In this document: positions 31,319 to 36,829 of the stretch, piece by piece | Layout of the letters: every line of letters starts with the position of its first letter | Position numbering within the stretch: position 1 is the first letter of the stretch | Origin: an uncultured Lachnospiraceae bacterium | Lineage (GTDB): Bacteria > Bacillota > Clostridia > Lachnospirales > Lachnospiraceae | Direction of reading: 5' to 3' | Length of the DNA stretch: 36,829 nt | Assembly (NCBI GenBank): GCA_944380155.1 | Contig: CALWGS010000096.1 | Span: 1-36,829 of the forward strand | Notes under the pieces: generated by a model | Databases searched by the model: none | What the model saw: the letters and a program-made list of their open reading frames with translations, nothing else | What the model was told of the DNA's origin: nothing | Translations under genes and position numbers: made by a program

Positions 31319-32457
31319 TAAGGACCAAGGCGGGATACCTGGTATTTCTGATTCTGATGGGAGCGCTGGCGCTTTTATACAATACCAGATTTACGTTTCT
31401 TTTGTTCCTGACCTGTCTTGCTCTGCCTGCGGCTCTGCTTCTGCTTCCTGCGGCGGCCTTCCCGTTCGTGGGGATCCGCGGGATGACGGCTTCCTATACG
31501 GTACAGAAGGGAGAGCGCTTCGGTGTTTCGTTCGAGGCGCAGAACCGCAGTCCGGTTCCCCTCTCCCGCGTGGATGTTTATCTGTGGTACCGGAATGAGT
31601 TCTCGGGGAAGAAGAGGAGGGAGAGAATCTCCATCTCCCTTGCGGGGAGGGGCGGCAGGCGGGTCCGCCTGTTCTATACCGCAGATTACTGCGGCAGGAT
31701 CACTGTTATGGTTGAGAAGATACGTATCTATGATTATCTGGGAATCTGTTCCCTGGCAAAGCGGCCGAAGAAAAGCGTCAGGGTCGCTGTTCTTCCGGAT
31801 CGGAAGGGGTTCAGGGATCTTGTAGTGTCGGAGAATTACGCAGTTTATTCGGAATTTGATATCGCGGCTGCTTCACGGCCCGGGGATGATCCGTCCGAGC
31901 TGCTTGGAATTCGGGAATATCTGCCGGGAGATCGGCTGAACCGGATTCACTGGAAGAAGAGCGGCGCGGCGGATCGGCTGTTTGTGAAGGAATTTGCAGA
32001 TACGTCGTCGGATGTATCTCTTGTGATCCTTGATTGGAAGCCGGCGGCAAAAGGAGAGCAGGGATTGCTTGGGATGGATGGGATCCTGGAGGCTGCGTTC
32101 TCTCTGTCGGAACGCCTTAGACAGCTCGGACGGCTTCACTATCTGGCCTGGTACGATGAGAGGCGGCAGAGAGCGGACAGGGAGTGGATGGATTCGGAGG
32201 AGGCGTTCTATGAGGCGGTCGGAAGACTTTATGAATGTCCGTTCTATCACGGCATGGTGCCGTCTGCTCTGCTGATTACGGCAGAGTGGGAGAAGGAGCG
32301 TTATGCGCGGATTTTCTATGTGTGCGCGCAGGAGCATACGGCCGGACTTGAGGAATGGGCCTTAAGCCTGCGGCCGACAAAGTGTCTGATTGTCCCGGTC
32401 GGGAATGACGGGGAGGTGCCTGGAGGGCCGGTGTCGGAAGGATTAGAAGGCGGGTGA
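31315..32457 (+). CDS. DUF58 domain-containing protein (membrane anchored)
   Basis: 380 aa. Two N-terminal TM helices, and the DUF58 signature REYLPGDRLNRIHWK. ATGA overlap with the MoxR gene. Confidence 0.85.
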   Translation: MIRTKAGYLVFLILMGALALLYNTRFTFLLFLTCLALPAALLLLPAAAFPFVGIRGMTASYTVQKGERFGVSFEAQNRSPVPLSRVDVYLWYRNEFSGKKRRERISISLAGRGGRRVRLFYTADYCGRITVMVEKIRIYDYLGICSLAKRPKKSVRVAVLPDRKGFRDLVVSENYAVYSEFDIAAASRPGDDPSELLGIREYLPGDRLNRIHWKKSGAADRLFVKEFADTSSDVSLVILDWKPAAKGEQGLLGMDGILEAAFSLSERLRQLGRLHYLAWYDERRQRADREWMDSEEAFYEAVGRLYECPFYHGMVPSALLITAEWEKERYARIFYVCAQEHTAGLEEWALSLRPTKCLIVPVGNDGEVPGGPVSEGLEGG

Positions 32458-32461
32458 TTGA

Positions 32462-35206
32462 ATGAGATACAGGAAGAAGGACGGTGTAATTCTGGAATCC
32501 GTCCGGGCGGACCGCGAAGGAAGAAAGACACTGCCCGGAATGCCGGTTAGATTTCTGATGGTGTTTGCGGGTGTATACGGAACCCTGTTTTTGCTTGTGG
32601 ACGGGTTGGAGCTTACAGTCGATGAGCCGGTCCTGATGCTTGCGATTGCCGGAATCACCGCGGTGCTGTGTGCTGCGTTTGCATTGCGGCGGTATCTGTG
32701 GTTCTCAGTGTCGCTTTCTTTTTTGTGCCTGTCGTTGTATCTGATTCGGGAATGGGATCTGGTCAGGGATGGGTTCTGGCATTTACTGAATGCGTATGTG
32801 GATCGTTATAACGATTATATGGGAGCAGAGGTGCCCCATTATGCGACATCGGCGGAGGAGGAGAGGGCGCTTTTGTTCTTTCTGATATCGGTCGTATATT
32901 TTGATGCCGTGCTTTTTGTGATGAGCTTCTATGGGGTGATCAGCCGGTATCTTCTTCTGCTGGCGACGATCCCGTTCTTTGGAGCGGGGCTGACAGTCGG
33001 GGCAGTACCCTCTGCGGTTCCGTTCCTGTGTTATCTGGGCTCCATGCTGTTCTTGGCTGCGGCGAGGGCTTCAGCCGATTCGGGGAGCTGGGAAATCAGG
33101 CGGACCGTATCTGCGGCGGGACTCGCGGCCGTGGCGGCGGGGGCGCTGCTGCTTGTTCTGTTTGACCGGCTGCTGGGAGAGGATGGGTATCCCGAAGAAG
33201 CCGTTCGCGAGAGGAAGCTTGAGGCGCTTGCCGCAATGGAAGAGTTCCCTCCGGAGGATCTGAGCATGTGGATGGAGTACAGCGCATTTCCGGAGCTGAC
33301 AAGAGCACTGGATGATATGGGGATGTTACAGCTGTTCGGCGCGGGTTCTACCGGGGACGGCGGACTTGCGGGGGGAAGGCTTGGAAGGGTTGATCGGGTA
33401 GAATTCGAGTATGAGACCGCACTGCGGGTCACGCTTCCGGACAGGAGCGGAGGCTTCTATCTGAGGGGATATGTCGGCGCGAACTATACGGGGAACCGCT
33501 GGGACGGACTGGACAGAGAGCAGGAGGAGCAGATCCTTGCGCTGGAACAGGAGTGGGAGGAGCGTGGATATCCGTTCGATACACAGAATCAGATCGCGGA
33601 ATTCTACCGGATTCTGAGAGAACATGATGAGCTTAGAACTCGGTACAGCGATGCATTGGATGCTGTTTATACGACCTATTTTACGGAAGGAATCGGGGCT
33701 GTTGATGTCATTAGCGCGAATCCGTATTTTTATTATCTGCCGTACGGGGCGGACTCGTCTTCCCTGGAGAAGACAGGGGAGAGGCTGTATGCCGCGCCGA
33801 TCGCAAGGGCGCAGGAGTATTCTTTCTCTTATTACAGCTACAGCGCCGGCAGGGGAGACTTCCCGGAGGTGTCCTGGTATTATCCGTCGTATTGGGGGGA
33901 GACCGGAGTGGAAGAGATGGATGCCTGGATTGAGGCAGAGGAGGACTATGCTGCCCTGATCGAGGAACTTTTCCTTCAGGTTCCGGAGGATACGCAGTCC
34001 GGGCTGGAGTCCGTCATTGCGGAGCTGGAAGATAGGGTTGAGGCGATGGAGGAGGTGTGGGAGAACGGGCTTTCTTATATGTCGGAGGAGGACAGTGTGT
34101 ATCAGGATTATATGCGGTTACGGGAGATTATGATTACGATCGAGGCTGTCCGGGGATATCTTGAGAGGAATATGACATATACTCTTGCGCCGGGGCGTCT
34201 TCCGGTCGGAGAGGATTTTGTGTCTTATTTTCTGACGGAATCCGGACAGGGGTATTGCTCCCATTTTGCATCCGCGGGCGTGATCCTGCTCCGTCTGCTG
34301 GGAGTTCCTGCCCGTTACGCGGAAGGCTATCTGGTCAGCGGAAGCGATATTGCGGCGGCTCGGACAGCGGGGAGACAGGACATAACGGAGTATAAGAGGT
34401 ATGATTCAAACGAACGGGTGACGAATCTGGAGATCACGGTTCTGGATGCGAATGCTCATGCGTGGGCCGAGGTCTATCTCCGCGGCTACGGCTGGATTCC
34501 GGTGGAGCTGACGGCGGGGTATGAGGACGCGATGTGGGGACAGAATCCGGCAATTGAGGAAGCGCAGGAAGGGGAACAGGAGAGTACGGCGGAAGAGGAG
34601 AGCAGCGGGGATGTGACAGAGAGCGGCACCGTTCAGGAGGAGACCGAACAGGAGGAGACCGCGGCGCAGAGTACACAGGAGACTCAGGATGAGGAAGAGA
34701 CGCAGAATGCATCGGAAGAGAATCCGGAGCCGGAAGAGGGGAGTGAAGGCGGATTAGAACCGGGAGGGGCCTTCTTCCGGGGAATGCGCCTGTTGATTTT
34801 GGTTCTGGCCGCAGCGGCCGCGGCTGCGGTGCTTGTCCTGGCAGGTCGGCTGATCCGTAAGAGGATCCGGGAGCGCATCGATTCAGACGAGAGGAACGAG
34901 GCGGTCTTGTTTCTCTACGGAAGGGTACTTCGGATGCTGGGAGCAATGAAGATGATTCCGAAGCTCTCAGAGGATGCTCCGGAATACGGGGCACAGATCG
35001 GAAATCAGCTGGATGCGATCATACGGGACGGTACGGATGCGGAGCGGTTCATGGAGATTGTGATCCGGGCCGGATATTCCGGACGCATGGTCACGGAGGA
35101 GGAGCGAAATGAGGCGGTTCGGTTCTATGAAGAGCTGAGGAGGGGGTATTATGCAAAGGCATCTCCCATTCGGAGGCTGTGCAGCAGATTTCTCTGGAAT
35201 TTGTAG
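32462..35206 (+). CDS. Polytopic transglutaminase-like domain protein with acidic linker and C-terminal TM + DUF4129-like tail
   Basis: 914 aa. The N-terminal region is multi-TM. The transglutaminase core is GQGYCSHFASAG (Cys), NAHAWAEVYL (His) and GWIPVELT (acidic residue). An E/Q/T-rich segment follows, then the TM helix LLILVLAAAAAAAVLVLAG. Confidence 0.85.
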   Translation: MRYRKKDGVILESVRADREGRKTLPGMPVRFLMVFAGVYGTLFLLVDGLELTVDEPVLMLAIAGITAVLCAAFALRRYLWFSVSLSFLCLSLYLIREWDLVRDGFWHLLNAYVDRYNDYMGAEVPHYATSAEEERALLFFLISVVYFDAVLFVMSFYGVISRYLLLLATIPFFGAGLTVGAVPSAVPFLCYLGSMLFLAAARASADSGSWEIRRTVSAAGLAAVAAGALLLVLFDRLLGEDGYPEEAVRERKLEALAAMEEFPPEDLSMWMEYSAFPELTRALDDMGMLQLFGAGSTGDGGLAGGRLGRVDRVEFEYETALRVTLPDRSGGFYLRGYVGANYTGNRWDGLDREQEEQILALEQEWEERGYPFDTQNQIAEFYRILREHDELRTRYSDALDAVYTTYFTEGIGAVDVISANPYFYYLPYGADSSSLEKTGERLYAAPIARAQEYSFSYYSYSAGRGDFPEVSWYYPSYWGETGVEEMDAWIEAEEDYAALIEELFLQVPEDTQSGLESVIAELEDRVEAMEEVWENGLSYMSEEDSVYQDYMRLREIMITIEAVRGYLERNMTYTLAPGRLPVGEDFVSYFLTESGQGYCSHFASAGVILLRLLGVPARYAEGYLVSGSDIAAARTAGRQDITEYKRYDSNERVTNLEITVLDANAHAWAEVYLRGYGWIPVELTAGYEDAMWGQNPAIEEAQEGEQESTAEEESSGDVTESGTVQEETEQEETAAQSTQETQDEEETQNASEENPEPEEGSEGGLEPGGAFFRGMRLLILVLAAAAAAAVLVLAGRLIRKRIRERIDSDERNEAVLFLYGRVLRMLGAMKMIPKLSEDAPEYGAQIGNQLDAIIRDGTDAERFMEIVIRAGYSGRMVTEEERNEAVRFYEELRRGYYAKASPIRRLCSRFLWNL

Positions 35207-35317
35207 GGAAACCGGAAGAGAGAGGTTCATTTTTGGAAGAAATATGTTATAATGTGGATAACGGTGCAAAGCCGGCAGGATTGCGAAGCAGGGAATAAGA
35301 ATCTGAAGAATGGAGTG

Positions 35318-35938
35318 ATGATGATGAGGAAAGTGGTTACAATCAGCAGGCAGTACGGCAGCGGCGGGAGGGAGATCGGCTCGAAGCTGGCGAAGAAACT
35401 GGGAATTCCCTTCTATGATAACGAACTGATCACAAGAGCGGCCAAGGAAAGCGGATTCGCGGAGGCGGCATTTGAGAACGCGGAGAAGAAGGCCTCGAAC
35501 AGTCTGTTGTATTCCATTGCGATGGGAATGAACTCATATGGGAATCAGGACATGGGATTCTCTCATCTGTCTTTGGATGACAGGATCTATCTTGCGCAGT
35601 CCGATGTGATTCGTAAAGTTGCGGCGGAGGGACCCTGCGTGATCGTGGGAAGATGCGCGGACTATGTTCTGAAGGATCTGCCGAATGTTGTACATGTGTT
35701 CATCTGGGCTGAGAAGGAGTTCCGTATCGAAAGGGCGATTCGAATCGACGGTCTCACCAGGGCGAAAGCAGAGGAGAGCGTTGTGAAGATCGACAGGCGC
35801 CGAGCGAATTATTATAATTACCATTCGAGCGAGAAGTGGGGAAGAGCGGAGAACTATCATCTGTCGATTCAGAGCAGTTATGTGGGGATTGATAATGCGG
35901 TTGAATTAATACGCATGTATATTGAGATGGGGGAATAA
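35318..35938 (+). CDS. Cytidylate kinase-like family protein (AAA/P-loop-like)
   Basis: VVTISRQYGSGGREIGSKLAKKLGIPFYDNELI is the characteristic N-terminus of this family. Three consecutive ATGs (35318, 35321, 35324) follow a GGAG, so the exact start is ambiguous. The track start at 35252 is unlikely. Confidence 0.75.
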   Translation: MMMRKVVTISRQYGSGGREIGSKLAKKLGIPFYDNELITRAAKESGFAEAAFENAEKKASNSLLYSIAMGMNSYGNQDMGFSHLSLDDRIYLAQSDVIRKVAAEGPCVIVGRCADYVLKDLPNVVHVFIWAEKEFRIERAIRIDGLTRAKAEESVVKIDRRRANYYNYHSSEKWGRAENYHLSIQSSYVGIDNAVELIRMYIEMGE

Positions 35939-35953
35939 TCAGAGGATGTTATG

Positions 35954-35983
35954 AGCTGCCCGCGAGCCTGCCCGCGGGCAGCT
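35954..35983 (+). terminator. GC-rich stem-loop after the kinase-like gene (weak U-tract)
   Basis: AGCTGCCCGCG-N8-CGCGGGCAGCT (11 bp) followed by TTCATC. Confidence 0.4.
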
Positions 35984-36149
35984 TTCATCATATGGGGAGG
36001 GCGGTGCGCAGGGAGTGCTGCGTCATTAATTCGGGTGGTTCGAAGTCTGCTTAAAGTAAGAAAAAATTAAGAAATAGCATAGTCTTTCTTTAAGAACTTT
36101 AGAGTAGGATAATTTTAACTATAATACGAAGAAAGGCAAAGAAGGTGTA

Positions 36150-36829
36150 ATGGCAAGCAAAGAGGCAGAGAAAGTGATTGTGCTCCGAAATGTGAAGAAG
36201 GTATACCGGATGGGGACGGAACGGATTGTTGCCGTTGACGATGTCAGTTTCGAGATTCTGAAGGGTGAATTCTGCTGTCTGCTGGGAACATCCGGATCCG
36301 GAAAGTCCACACTGCTGAATCTGATGGCGGGAATTGAGAAGGTAACAAGCGGGCAGATTATAATAAAGGGCAAGAAGATTCATAAGATGAATGAGACCAA
36401 TCTTGCGAAGTTCAGGCAGAAGTACCTGGGGTTTGTGTTCCAGTCGTACAACCTGATGAATTCCATGACTGCCCTTGAGAATGTAGAATTTCCGCTGGTA
36501 TTCAAGCGGGTAAGGCCGAAGCAGCGCAGGAAGCTGGCAAAGGATATGCTGGTGCAGGTGGGGCTGGGCAGTCGTCTTGGGCATAAGCCGAAAGAGATGA
36601 GCGGCGGCCAGCAGCAGAGGGTCGGAATCGCCAGGGCGTTCGTTGCCAAGCCGGAGATCGTGTTCGCGGATGAGCCCACGGGGAACCTTGACACGAAGAC
36701 CACGATGGAGGTGATGAATCTAATTCAGGCGATTGCGCGGGAGAACCGGCAGACCATTGTTATGGTTACGCATGATCCAAGGCTGGCTGCCTATGCGGAT
36801 CGCATCATCCATGTATTAGACGGGGATAT
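36150..36829 (+). CDS. ABC transporter ATP-binding protein (MacB/FtsE/LolD-like), 3' end beyond the window
   Basis: Absent from the ORF track because no stop codon lies inside the window. My translation from ATG 36150 is MASKEAEKVIVLRNVKKVYRMG...GTSGSGKSTLLN (Walker A)...FQSYNL...MSGGQQQRVGIARA (signature)...VFADEPTGNLD (Walker B)...MVTHD (H-loop). Confidence 0.9.
   Translation, partial: MASKEAEKVIVLRNVKKVYRMGTERIVAVDDVSFEILKGEFCCLLGTSGSGKSTLLNLMAGIEKVTSGQIIIKGKKIHKMNETNLAKFRQKYLGFVFQSYNLMNSMTALENVEFPLVFKRVRPKQRRKLAKDMLVQVGLGSRLGHKPKEMSGGQQQRVGIARAFVAKPEIVFADEPTGNLDTKTTMEVMNLIQAIARENRQTIVMVTHDPRLAAYADRIIHVLDGD

Noticed and set aside
1-36829. Mobile elements, prophage or defence islands, CRISPR arrays, rRNA
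   Set aside because: I found no transposase, integrase or recombinase-like ORFs, no terminal inverted repeats, no regularly spaced repeat arrays and no rRNA-like sequence on either strand. The only defence-flavoured gene is the orphan AbiEi-like wHTH protein. The only tandem repeat is the 3 x 22-bp array at 17187-17252.

Overview
This looks like a chromosomal, housekeeping-rich segment from an anaerobic, probably spore-forming Firmicute. The Clostridia-like signs are AGGAGG-type RBSs, several [FeFe]-hydrogenase paralogs, rubrerythrin and a LysM-GH18 cortex-hydrolase-like gene. I call 36 protein-coding genes. One of them (36150..36829) runs off the right edge and is missing from the supplied ORF track. 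There are also three stand-alone tRNA genes: Leu-CAG, Asn-GUU and an unusual Leu-AAG. Each has its own near-consensus sigma-A promoter, none encodes CCA, and each is followed by a terminator. A preQ1-I riboswitch candidate sits in front of queT, and I list a set of promoters and terminators. I see no rRNA, CRISPR array, transposase, integrase or phage genes, so there is no obvious mobile or defence island. Gene order: sensor-type hydrogenase-like protein, DRTGG and PHP | small ORF | lrgAB | M28 peptidase (-) | galactose-binding-like protein | GNAT (-) | 2Fe-2S protein, HydS(PAS), PP2C phosphatase and group-B [FeFe]-hydrogenase as one operon (-) | asnS | AbiEi-like wHTH orphan | queT (-) | flavin-reductase/rubredoxin and rubrerythrin | mgtC | glgB (-) | LysM-GH18 | DUF4358 lipoprotein | DUF5058-like protein, membrane protein and M20 peptidase (-) | leuS (-) | tRNA-Leu (-) | acidic 80-aa ORF | tRNA-Asn | 48-aa TIGR04076-like remnant | ppa | tRNA-Leu(AAG) | pyridoxamine kinase | TIGR01440, MoxR, DUF58 and transglutaminase | cytidylate-kinase-like protein | ABC ATPase (partial). 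The best candidates for poorly described or undescribed biology are: (i) two different phosphatase-associated sensory [FeFe]-hydrogenase modules within about 12 kb, one being an output-less H-cluster paralog coupled to DRTGG and PHP proteins; (ii) a DUF5058-like/membrane-protein/membrane-tethered M20 peptidase operon that looks like an uncharacterised uptake-and-hydrolysis system; (iii) the TIGR01440-MoxR-DUF58-transglutaminase operon; (iv) a tRNA-Leu with A34. All family assignments come from motif recognition by eye and from memory. No searches were run.
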